Shown here in pieces: positions 40,792-52,575 of a stretch of 64,000 nt of DNA (its first letter is position 1; each line of letters starts with the position of its first letter). The notes beneath the pieces are model-generated. The model had not been told where the DNA came from, made no database searches, and worked only from the letters and a program-made list of their open reading frames with translations. This DNA is from Geosiphon pyriformis uo1 (taxonomy: Eukaryota; Fungi; Glomeromycota), in NCBI GenBank assembly GCA_016748015.1, contig JAAOMT010000134.1:378757-442756 (forward strand). Direction: 5' to 3'. Both the position numbers and the translations under genes were made by a program.

Positions 40792-42056
40792 AAATAATAC
40801 ATGGAATTTCTGATCATTTTTAACACATAATGTTGTCTTATTCAAGATGGCTTGGTTATGTGAAAAAATTATTAATAAACTCCGAGGAAAAAGAATAATA
40901 CATACTAGGTAAAAAAATTGATCATACGTTTGAGGTCGCATGATCTTTACACATGAACCAACGCAGGAGAAACGAGAACTTTTGTGACATGATAATGTTC
41001 TGAATACGGTCTGCAAATAAACATAATGTCATCCCTTGCCCAATTAGGGCTTCGTCATTTTCTAGGATCATTAGAATAATTTTTCCCCATCGTTTCTAGA
41101 GAAAGTGTAAATTTGTCGCGTAAATTATTGGTCAATTGCTAGGTCACACAAAGAATAAGCCGTCTCTCCAATAAATAGAAGAGGGGACCGTCTCAAAGTC
41201 AGAAATTTGGCATCATTCCAATCAAATTTGCGCCTACTTGATTTCGGAAAGACCAGCAAAAAAAAGAGCTCACACAGCTTCTGTTGCTCTCGTTGTTGTG
41301 TGTCGCTTACACCTTGTCCTTTACCCACCTCCCTCTTCCCCTTTCTTTCGTCTTCCAATTAAACAGCCAAAAAAAAACCAGAAAAACAGCCAAAAAAAAT
41401 TAATCTACTCAACTCCCAGTTCCCCTTCCACCTTTTACCAAAAACAACACTCACCAGGCTCGAGATTTTTCTCTTGAAATTGGTGTCGTCTGTCTCATCG
41501 GAACTCCAACTTCGTCGGTACCTTTCACTTTTTTTAACTTTTTGTTTTTTTGATTGTGTTCAACTTGTGTTTACTTTTTGCAATAAGAAAAGATTTGAAA
41601 GATGTGTGTAAAATAAATGGTGCTTATGAGAGTTATAGTTTATATGCCGGTGTAAGTCTTCCAGTGTGTGAACTAATGGCTTGTGTAGAATGGAATCCTC
41701 AAAGTTTTATTTATTATACTATGAAAATGTGACATCAATTACTAAACAATATCTATTTACATCTATTCAACTTTATATTCACTCTGTTAACCTCTCCTCG
41801 ACTTACCCCTGAACGCGGTTTTTAATAGTACCGGACGGAAACACCGATCATAACAGCGACATTGTGAAAAGCACTCGTCCAAACAAAGCGTCCCCTTCAC
41901 TCCTTTGGTAGACACTTTTGGTGAGCATACTTTTTTTTTATTTTAAAAAATGGGCGTTTGTGAAAGTTCCAAAATTAATGCTAATACGCTCTATTTCATA
42001 ATCATTATCATCTTCAACCCTTCAACAGGCAGTCAACAACGAACCAACAATTTCTT

Positions 42057-42121
42057 AACCCAACCAACCAACCAACCAACCAACCAGCCAGCCAGCCAGC
42101 CAGCCAGCCAATCAATCAACC
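42057..42121. repeat. Compound microsatellite CAAC/CCAG/CAAT
   Basis: Visible directly. Confidence 0.9.
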
Positions 42122-43044
42122 ACTGTGTTATCACCTGCAAAATTTGATTTTTTGGCCACGACTTATTTGCTAAACAAGGCAAACTACATATAATGTTCTA
42201 AAGTCCACTGCTTTACAAGCGGCCGGCTAATAAAAATTTTCGAGTTGGTCTGTATCAACGGTTCCACCAAGTTTTATCACCTTTTAATTATGCAAGCATT
42301 CCCACTATTTTCACCCAACAAACTCTCTTTATATTGGTATCTTGCTTAAATTGTTACACCTATTCTCATTCCACAATCCCTTAATTCAAATATTTTTTTA
42401 AAAAGTCCATTTCGGTTATCGCCACTGATTTTTAATCCTACTACCACCGACTTGGTTCCTTAACATATATAAAAAACTTTTCATCTCCCTTTTCAAAGTC
42501 GCAAATCTCGCGTCTTTATTTGTAATATAGCCACTGATAAATACATTTAACTACCGTATATATTTTTCCTCATTTTTCCTCATTTTCTTATTTTTTTATT
42601 TTCTTATTTTTTATTTCAAAACCACCCACCCACACATTACCACAATCGCTGACTCTGTTCAGTATGGCGTTTTAAAGAGGAATCCAAGTATACAAAAGAT
42701 GACCTTATTTTCATTCGATTCTACAGTGTTCACGGCCATCGCGTTATCGCCTGCTAGCTTTCTAATTGATCAGCGCTATCTAAAGACTTTGAAAATACAA
42801 AGATTCTCTTGCTACCATCCAAATCATTTATTCGCTCGACATTACCGCCCAAAGTCATTCATAAACCTCTAAAAAACGTGTTGCTAAATCTCTGTGCGGC
42901 AAGTTAACATTCATCGTGGGCCTAGGTCTACAGAAAAGCACACTCAAGCCGGTTCTTGAAACAAAAACACAGAAAATTCAAAAATAAAAGTTACAAATCC
43001 TTCCTTTTCACGCCAAAAAAATTGTACAATTATTCTATTTTCTT

Positions 43045-43045
43045 A

Positions 43046-43079
<34 letters not shown>

Positions 43080-43126
43080 CCAACCAACCAACCAACCAAC
43101 CAACCAATCGATCGATCGATCGATCA
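43045..43126. repeat. Compound microsatellite CAAT/CAAC/CGAT
   Basis: Visible directly, ~45 bp upstream of the kinase ATG. Confidence 0.9.
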
Positions 43127-43168
43127 AACAGCCAACCAATAAAGGACAATTTAAAGATACATTTCATA

Positions 43169-45510
43169 ATGGTTCAACGATCGGCCTCTGATCGAAATCC
43201 TACAAAACAAGAACAATGGTCAACGGGGCAGTTACCCTCTCAAATAATTATGCCTTTTGGACCTGGGCATATTATTGCTGATCCTGTTAGTGGATCAAAC
43301 TACGAAGTGGTTCAGCCTCTGGGGAATGGCTCTTATGCAATGGTATATTTGGTGCGCAATCTAAAAGATGACCAGTACTACGCCCTGAAGTGTCTGTCAA
43401 AAGCCAACATGGATCAACAGCAACTAGAAATTCAACGTAGTGAGGTAATTTCACAATTTTATCTTAACCTCAAAACTCCTCTTAATCATATTTTTATCAT
43501 GATCCATAATTTAGACTTGTAGAAATTTTGATTCATATTTTAACAATTCGCGATATTTAAATTTAACAACCTATCTTAGGTTTTGCTTCACGAAAGAGTT
43601 TCAGGTCACCCTAATATCGTATATCTCTATCATACTTTCGATACATCCGATTGGCTTTTCCTTGTCATGGAATATTGTGACGGTGAAGATCTTTACTATT
43701 GGCTCACACGGGAAAATGATCGTATAGACACCAGAACAGGACGTATGCTTTCGGAGCGCGAGCATCTTGAAGTTGTTCAACAGGTCTTTCTGCAGATGCT
43801 TGAAGCAGTCCATCATTGTCACAGTCGTGGCGTTGCGCATCGTGATTTGAAGCCGGAAAACTTTATTATTACGGTCGACAATAGGACTGGAAAAGTTAAG
43901 ATACAGTTGGCTGATTTTGGACTGGCTACGGATGAATTGGAATCGACAGATTTTGATTGCGGCTCCAAACCTTACATGAGTTTTGGTGAGCATTTATTTT
44001 TTTAATGAATAAACTCATTTTAAAGGAGAATAAACAAAACATTGATTTTTGTGCTCATCTTTCTACAGAATGTTATAATCCTGTTGGGGAAACCTACCGT
44101 CCTCGCATGTGCGATGTTTGGTCGCTGGGTGTGATTCTCATTAATATGATTTATCACCGGATACCTTGGTCTGCTCCACACCCCGAGGAATGTTCATCTT
44201 TTGCTGAATTCCAACGGGAAAAAGCCGACTTTCTAATGCGTAAATTCTATGAACCAAAACTTCCATACGAGGTTGCAGATTTCTTTGCAACTCGAATTTT
44301 TTGTATCCCCGAAAAAGGCCGCATAAGCGTTCACGAATTTAAAGTCTGGTGCCAAAATTTGGTACACATGATGATGGGATCCACCATTAATGTAAATAAT
44401 TTAGACCTACGTCGAATGTCAATCTCTTCGGCTACAAAGATGAATGAAGAAGCTGATATTGATTCCGAGAATCGTCATGTTTATGCTCGGAAAAAATCAT
44501 GGTCAGACGTCTTTGAGGAATCCATCGGTCTTGAAATGGACTTTACTATTCCTGTCATCTTCAAACACGAAGAGTTTAGCTCTCCTAACACTACCTTCCA
44601 AGACGAAGTGTATAATCCACCCATTATTAAGAACTCTAGGGCAGAACATGTCGAGTCGTATATATCGGAGGCTTCCAGAGAACGTGGTGATGTAAAAGAA
44701 ATAGAATATATAGATGACGAGCCACAAGTCGGCAATAATGCTAACAATAGTGATGCTGACTCCGGTTTTGGCACAGATGAAGATGGTACTGGAAACATTA
44801 TTCGCCGAGTGAGAGCCCAGCAGCATGAAGCTTCGGGCCCTAATAACACTAAAAATGCCTATTACAAAGTAGATATTTCTAAAACTCCGACCAAGGTGAT
44901 TTATTGTAGACCAAGGCCATGGGGTGAACAGAAGGATCTTAATAATCAGCGTGAACATGCCACAACTGTTAATGGGTCCCCTCCTAACGACCATTGGAGT
45001 TCTTACAAGCAACGTCGTGAGCGTTTGGAGCAGCGACGCAAAGAGAAAGAAGAAAAGAAATTGAATATGTTGGCACAGAATCGCCGTCGTGGATTAAGTG
45101 TTGGGTCAAGTGATGAACCTGGGAGCAATTCTTTCTCACGACGACCTCGTCCTCATCAACCTTCTCCCTCACATCCCAGAAGATTTTCCAAAATTGACCA
45201 TAATGTGGCTTCGCCCTCAAATTTCAAGAGAAGCTCTCTTCCGCCTAGTCCAACAAATATCAAGTATGCGAAATCAAATATAGGATCCGAGATCTACGCC
45301 GCCGGTTCCGGAACATCTGCTGGCGTTAAGAAAACATCTCCCGTCTCCCCGTCAACTGTGCGCAAGAATAATGGAGAAAATCCTATTCAATCTTCACAAG
45401 TTCCTAAAAAAGTTGCCAGATCCTCAAAGACTTCTTTAACCAAAATGTTGGAGAAAGTGGTTGCTTTTAACCGCGGAGTCAGAATTGCTGGCCAAGGTGT
45501 CTGCATTTAA
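43169..45510 (+). CDS. Ser/Thr protein kinase, fungal Ran1/Pat1-Ksp1-Sks1 group; 3 exons (43169-43444, 43580-43985, 44069-45510)
   Basis: LGNGSYAMVY, YALKCL, HRDLKPEN, LADFGLAT, CGSKPYMSFEC, DVWSLGVILINM; long disordered C-tail. Canonical GT-AG junctions restore the frame. Confidence 0.92.
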
Positions 45511-46164
45511 AACCGGGAATTAGATTCAGTTCTATAGTTAATTGATATTTTTTTGGGACGCTCAAGTTTTCTTTCAATCAACTTTGATCAAATTTCCCTT
45601 TCGCCTTTTCCACTTGTTGGTTTTTTCATATGTTTTTGTCTCCACTTTTCTCTGTTAGATTTCATGTGTGTTCTTTGACTAGATAAATTCTCCGAGTTAC
45701 TTTGTTTTCTCATGACCAGCCAATCTTATTTAAATATGTCGGCCTATTTTGCTAGGTACATTTGATTTTTCCACTTCAGCTTTATATAAGAGTCAAACAA
45801 AAAAAGCGTATCCAAAACATTTTTACCATAATTGTAAATTTCTTTGAGTTACAATTGGAAGCATGCATGTAAAGAACAATTTTTTTCCGTAAACGAAAAA
45901 AACTCGAAAATTTGAAAAAAGCGTCGATTAAGCTCAACCAAAAAGAATTTAAAATCATTTAAAAAAACTTGTATTTTTTTCAAATTTAGCTTTCCTCTTC
46001 CCTCATTACGACATCAGATGTATTTTTGGTTTCTTTGTTTTTATTTTAGCATATTTGATTATTTTGCACATTTCTGCTTTTTGCTTTAAATTTTAAAACA
46101 ACGAGTCCCCATTCCCTGCATCATTCATAAATTCATCATCCATCATTTTGCAAACACATTTCAC

Positions 46165-46199
46165 AACCCTAACCTAACCCTAACCCTAACCCTAACCCT
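46165..46199 (+). repeat. Interstitial telomere-type repeat (AACCCT) x5 plus 1 variant
   Basis: AACCCT AACCT AACCCT AACCCT AACCCT AACCCT, the complement of TTAGGG. Confidence 0.85.

Positions 46200-46200
<1 letters not shown>

Positions 46201-46260
<60 letters not shown>
46201..46260. repeat. (ACT)20 microsatellite
   Basis: Visible directly, abutting the telomeric repeats. Confidence 0.95.
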
Positions 46261-46262
<2 letters not shown>

Positions 46263-46521
46263 CACAACTACAACTACATCAACATCAGAAAAAAATAAAA
46301 ATAAAAACAAATATATTTGTACATATATATATATATTTTTTTGAATCAAACGACTGTTAAATGTTCAAAAATTTCAAAACCCTCTACTAACCGAATTATG
46401 CTTCCCAATCATTATAAAAAACAAAAATATGAAATCTAATTTTGGGGTCAGCTAGAGAGCTATAAAATAAAGTCTTCAATTTTATTTCTGAATAAATTTA
46501 GCCAGCTCCGCTACTCACAGC

Positions 46522-48291
46522 ATGGAAGATTATGCTCGCAAAGAAAGCGAATTCCAAGCTGGGATACCACCACGTCTTGTTTCCGTTTTTTATGCCGTCT
46601 TTGACGATGTCCAAGGCCCAAAAGTCGTGTACGAGGTTCCGGAAGGCTCCATAATTCCAAATTCAGAGTCCAATACTCAACCTATAATCGATTTCGACTC
46701 CGTTTACGAATATATCATTCCTAAAGAGTCTTTATGTGGTCACCTTGTCTCTTTTTGCACCGACTCTCACAAAGTCCTGGGGTTCCCAGTGTGGATCGAT
46801 AGCACAGAGTTTCGTGAATATAGACGAAACTTTTTCATGTTCAACTTGTGCTTTGTGTTTGACCGGAACGCGGATACTAGTAGTTATGATCCGGTAGTGC
46901 GAAAAATTGCTCGTGTATTGACTGGCTTGGAATTGGAAAGTGGATTTTTGTATCACGAAGGCACCAAGAAGATTATGTATAATGTAATTGAACAGTTATT
47001 AGAAGATTTGAATAGTTATTGTGAATGTCAAATCCCAATCAGTAAGTATTTAGTCGAAATGAATTCATGAAGAAAAGAAAAAGGGTACACTCATGTTAAC
47101 TAAATTTTTACAAAACTTTTTTTTGCTTTTCTCAGACTCGGCGAATACAATCAACTTGAAACTTTTCCCCACTTACCCGAACCCTCCATCAGTTTACGAT
47201 TATCAAGTGCCCATTTGCGCCGTCGATCTCGAAGCTTTGATGGATGTGAATTGGGATATCACCATGAAAAGTGTAAGTATGTGTGTGAATTCATTAAATT
47301 TTCCATTCTCTCTCTCAGTTACCATTAGAGATCGACCCTTCAATTTCCCAGATTGCCATAAAAATTAATGGGGTACATCATGTTAAGAAAGTTGCACAAT
47401 TGGCAGATGTTGATTATGGGCTCGCGAGAAAATGCATGGAGCATTTACTGTATGTACAGGAACAGTTTTTGATCGCTAGATTTTCCACTAATTTATTATA
47501 TTGGGAATTCAAGGTATTATGGTTGCATCATTATGGTAGATATCTTTCAGGTATTTTTTATTATCTCTTCAATAATTTTTTGAATCCTCTTAAAATTTTA
47601 ACTCAAGATGAACAACAATTTGGACGAACCCAGTTTTCTAATATCTACGCGATAAAACCGGATATAATGCGGGTGCTCGAGGATGAAGCAGTCCAGAATG
47701 AGTGTCTATCATATGTCACCAAACCTGGTAAAACGTTAAGATTATTCATGATTTCTCTGAGATCATGTCTTAATAGGTTTTGGAATTCCTCCCTCCTCCC
47801 TCCCCAAGGTTTAATGCCACCCTCTTTTGCAACCCTATTTTCTCTTTATTGTCAACTTAAGTATGGCCTCACACTCAAAGAATGGATTGAGGAAAACCAG
47901 GTAGCCTCGTTAAGCATTGATATAAGGTGATCAGAGTAATCGAATTAAGGGATTCCGGACTATTTATATATCTTAACCTAGAAGGTTTTTGTCATGTCTC
48001 ATTCAAGGCGATTTATAACGTTCGGCGTAATCAAGGGATTCCTATACCGAGTTCACAAATATCCCTTTCTCCCAGAAACCTCAGAGAGTTCTTTTCCTAC
48101 TAAATTGCGCAAGTAATAACAATCTGGAGCATCAGAATCTTGTATTTCCACGAGCTAATACATCTTCCCCATAAAGGATGCTTAACGGGAAGCATCATTA
48201 TGACGAGATTTGCACTCAGGAGGGATGCAGTGCCAAAGAGTTGGACGCAACGTTATCAGTGGAATCAGAGATCAAATTCATTTGGCGATAA
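46522..48291 (+). CDS. NPR2: Nitrogen permease regulator 2 (SEACIT/GATOR1 subunit), multi-exon
   Basis: VFYAVFDDVQGPKVVYEVP, YIIPKESLC, YRRNFFMFNLCFVF, LEDLNSYCECQIPI, NLKLFP, WDITM, IFQFSNIY, IDIRRFITFGVIKGFLYRVHKYP, GKHHYDEIC. Stop TAA 48289-48291. Confidence 0.95.
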
Positions 48292-49442
48292 TGAATAGTG
48301 CTTATAAGGTATGGCCGATTTTTCTATTTTTTCTGGTCCTCGTGTTTATTTTTTCAAGTTCACAAAATGCGTTGTCTTCAAATTCCGTTTTGTTGCTAAT
48401 CAAGCTTGCAAGATAGGAAAGTTTTGTTTTCAGTTGATCATAAAGTTTGTTAAGATTGGTTTTAATACATGTAGTAGTATCAGTCCCTAATTTAGTGGAT
48501 TATATATCAACAATAAATGGCGCAATAAATTTTAAACCCCACAATTTTCATTAATGCTGGAAGATTAAGAATTTTCATGATAAATTTTGTCATTGATTCA
48601 AAGTGTGGCTGGCTGACGTTCCTTGAAGAAAACGGGTCAACAATCCTTCCCTTTAACGGTATGATTAATAAATGATATGAAGATTATTATTAATTTTGTA
48701 AACTAAAAGACAGATATTATATTTAAATTTAAAATATTGACTTTTGTTAAATAAATTTTTAATCTGTTTTAATTAATAAAATTATGATTCGCGGATCGAA
48801 AATCTTTAAATATGGAAAAAAAGAGTATTGTTTTGTTAAGATGTGCCTCCGATACCCATTAAAAAAACACGGCATCCTGCGTACGCTTTAAATATTTCTA
48901 TTTTCCGACTAATACGGAGCAGGTGTTTCGGGGAACACTTTTTATAAATGATTACATGTACCCGTAAAGCGATATTGGATACGCACTACGGCTGAAGAAC
49001 AGTGGTCAGGCTTTATTCTAACTAACCAACATCCTTATTACATCATCCTTTGGAGAGTAATTGACTTTAGAATAGGAGCTCTCTTCTGTAATGAGCGAAT
49101 TTAGGCTCAATTAAATTTAACAAGCTTCCTTACCCCGGGGAAAAAAGATTTTTGATTTGCCGGAATCAAGAAAGTGGATCAAAATATTATAAATATTTTC
49201 ATCAATCATCATGCTATCCAATTCTTTTTGAGACATGATTCGCTATCTGCTATGCACCAACAACCCCTTTTTTGGTTTTTTTTCCTTTAAATGGGTATTT
49301 TATAACGTGGCATTTTTTTCATTTAAAATCCGCATCAGGCGTTTTCTTGCATTTAAATTGTTTTTTTTTAAAGCGATCTCTTTTCTGATCTTCTTTGATT
49401 CACATCTTCTCACTAATTTCTCTTAATAGCCTTATTATTAAA

Positions 49443-51398
49443 ATGAGTCTTTCTCGACAACAGCGCATCACTATTTTACTTTTCATAGACACTATTTTCT
49501 TTTTTGCCGAGATAATAAGTGGTTATTATGTCGGTTCTTTGGCGCTGATTGCTGATTCGTTTCACATGTTAAATGATGTAATGAGCTTAATCGTCGCCGC
49601 TTATGCTATAAAGGTTGGTTAATTAAGTCGAATTTTAACCAAATACCAGTGTTTAATAGAATCTTGATCGTTTATTGTTCCCTTTCTCGTAGCTCGCTGG
49701 CAGGACAACTTTCGATTCTAATTATTCATACGGTTGGCAACGTGCCGAGGTTTTAGGAGCACTCATAAATGGTGTCTTCTTGCTTGCCTTATGCTTTAGT
49801 ATTTTTGTTGAGGCTCTAGAAAGGCTGTATTCGCCTCAAGGTATTGTTGCTGATGGTTATTGATCTCTTTTTCATGTCCTGGTTTCATTTCAGCTTCTTG
49901 ACTCCTTGATTCTTTTGAAGAAATTCGCAAACCTCTTTTGGTGCTCGGGGTTGGTTGTGCTGGCCTGGCTTCCAATATTATTGGATTAATATTATTCCAT
50001 GGTGGGTTTACTGTTATCAAACTTTTTTCATAACCAATGTTTTGAAGCAATAATCTAGTAATTTACCCTAATTTTATACCGTCAACTTTTTTAGAACATT
50101 CACACGAAGGACACTCACACTCATCGTCTGCTCCTCATTCTCATACGAAACAGATCGAAACGCAGTTAGATCATGAAAGAAGTTTGTCCACCCCATTAGA
50201 TGAAATACTGGTTTGTGGTCATCCCTCACAAGTTCGTCAATCCGTATTAGCCGCAGGAGCAGAACTGAAACAAAAAGAAAAAGAAGAGGGTAACGTAGAG
50301 GAAGATGAAATATATAATGATAATGATGATGATGTTGTTGTGGAAGAAGGGGACGAAACCATGGTCAATACCGGTGAAGGCTCTTCAGCAATATCAAAAT
50401 CTAGAGATAGAACTTTCGCGAAATTAAATGGTGATTCTCCCATCCCCGCCTCACAATCGCGTTCACGTCCACCCAGCTATGGTTCAGTTGACCGTGGTAC
50501 TACATTCAAAAATGAGCAGGAGGATGAAAACAATGCTCATACTCAGGAGAAGCCAGTCCAAAAAAGCCACAAAAACCTCAATATGCAGGGCGTTTTTCTC
50601 CATGTTCTTGGCGATGCGTTAGGCAATATTGGTGTGATTGCCACTGCTTTATTTATCCAATATACAACCTTTGAATGGAAGAACTTGGCAGATCCTATTA
50701 TAAGGTACTTGATCATACCAATTCATATTTTCACATTGATTTTTCCTACAAAATTCTAATCTATTCTTTTCATCAGTTTAATTATAACTTGTATAATATT
50801 CTCGACAGCTCTACCTCTTGGTATGAATATTTTTTAATTCATTTGAGCTTTATTTTAATTTAATACAGTATGTGAACTTGACTTTTAAAATCAATTTCAG
50901 TTCGAAGTGCTTCGTCTATTCTTTTGCAAGCTGTCCCATCTGGTATACCAATCGACGAAGTGCGTAGTAAATTACTCCGTGTAAGTCCTCCACCTGATGC
51001 ATTTGGATAATTTATAAAATTATATATCTGGCTATGTGCAATATCTCAAACTTTTCTGCGATTCTTAGACACAAGGGGTACAATCTGTACATGAGCTTCA
51101 TATCTGGCAGTTATCTGACACAAAGCTCATAGCATCTGTTCATGTGCATCTCGATCAATCCCGTAATTACATGACAGTCGCAGCAAACATTAGAAGAATA
51201 TTGCATTTATATGGAATTCACTCAGCGACGATCCAACCAGAATATAAAAAAATAGAACCGAAATCATTGAATACTGTGACCGATTCACATGAAGAGTCGC
51301 ATTGTCTATTACGTTGTGCTGATGATAATTCATGCGAGCAACATGAATGTTGTTCTAGACCGGCGGTGGCACAGCAGCCTGTTTCGTATAAAGATTGA
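49443..51398 (+). CDS. ZRC1: Cation diffusion facilitator zinc transporter, ZRC1/COT1 (ZnT1)-like, multi-exon
   Basis: SLALIADSFHMLND, YSYGWQRAEVLGALINGVFL, His-rich loop HEHSHEGHSH, LNMQGVFLHVLGDALGNIGVI, VHELHIWQL, GIHSATIQPE, Cys-rich tail. Confidence 0.93.
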
Positions 51399-51414
51399 AC
51401 TTTGGTTTTGCGAG

Positions 51415-51476
51415 CCCCCCCCCCCCCCCCCCCCCCNNNNNNNNNNNNNNNNNNNNGCCCCCCCCCCCCCCCCCCA
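51415..51476. other. Poly-C tract containing an assembly gap (20 N, 51437-51456)
   Basis: Visible directly. Confidence 0.97.
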
Positions 51477-52575
51477 AGGTTCAATCGTTTTACAGTTTGA
51501 AAACATTATCTTCTGCCGATTCCTGAGATGGATCATGAATTCACCAAAGTAAATTCAATCGGGATCGAACTACTTGACACCTTTTTGGAAAAATGCGAAA
51601 GAATCTTTTCCCGCCTTATATATATATTTTTATTTATATATCTTTCGTTAGAGGACTATTTTATGTAATTAACTAATCTTCTCAACCACAAATAAGGCAG
51701 TCGACGTGAACCAAATCCTTATAGAGAGCTTCCGATTCAATTTATGTCCAAGATCAAAAAAACTAAGAACTTTCTCAATTGGCTTTACAATACGTTCTGT
51801 ATATCCTAGAATCTGTCAATAATTAGTAACTATAACATCTACATGTAAGAGACAATCGGAGAACTTTTGCCAGCATAGCAGTCAGCAAATTGGTCTTGAA
51901 TTAAACAGTTATTATTTGGATTTCTTTCCTCAAGATAAAAATATGATTAGTCAGGTGAGTTTTTAAAATATTACATTTGTAATTGCTAATTACTTGGTGC
52001 TTTATTAAATGTATTTAAAATTTCATCATTTATCACTTTTTTTTGTATTTTAAAAATAAATTTACCAAAATTTTAACTAAACTAATTATTAGAAATAATA
52101 ATGTAAAAAATCAATTTAGTGATAATAAACTCGAACCAAAAAAAAACAATGGTTTATCATTTATGCTTGAGATAAACTTTTGAATTAAATGATCAAACGT
52201 TAAATAATAAAATCTTTAAAGTTTTCTGTTAATGATGATAATATTTGTAATATTTGAATTTGATTTTTCTTGTTTCAAAAAATCAGTTTAATAAAAATCG
52301 CAGATTCAATGTATACGATATTCTTCAAAGAATAACAAATACGATAAAATAATAAGCTCGAAACGAATCAATTCTACAGCAATCAAGTCAACCTCTCAAT
52401 TTAAATTTCAAACAATCTGTTTATATATTAAAACTAAACTACAAACTCGAAATTTCGAAATAATTTTGATCCTAATTACATCATGATACGATATTGGATG
52501 AACTTGATAATGAAAATAATATCGCGACTAATATTTATCATCATAATTACTAACAGATTCTTTCAGAGAGCAAAC

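Noticed and set aside
46161-46349. Poly-Val/Val-Arg ORF
   Set aside because: Translation artefact of the (ACT)n and telomeric repeats.
49235-49426. 63-aa Phe-rich ORF just upstream of the zinc transporter (possible uORF)
   Set aside because: Composition follows T-rich promoter sequence; no evidence it is transcribed.
43169-51398. Kinase-NPR2-zinc transporter as a functional nutrient-signalling cluster
   Set aside because: Co-orientation of three housekeeping genes is unremarkable without synteny or co-expression data.
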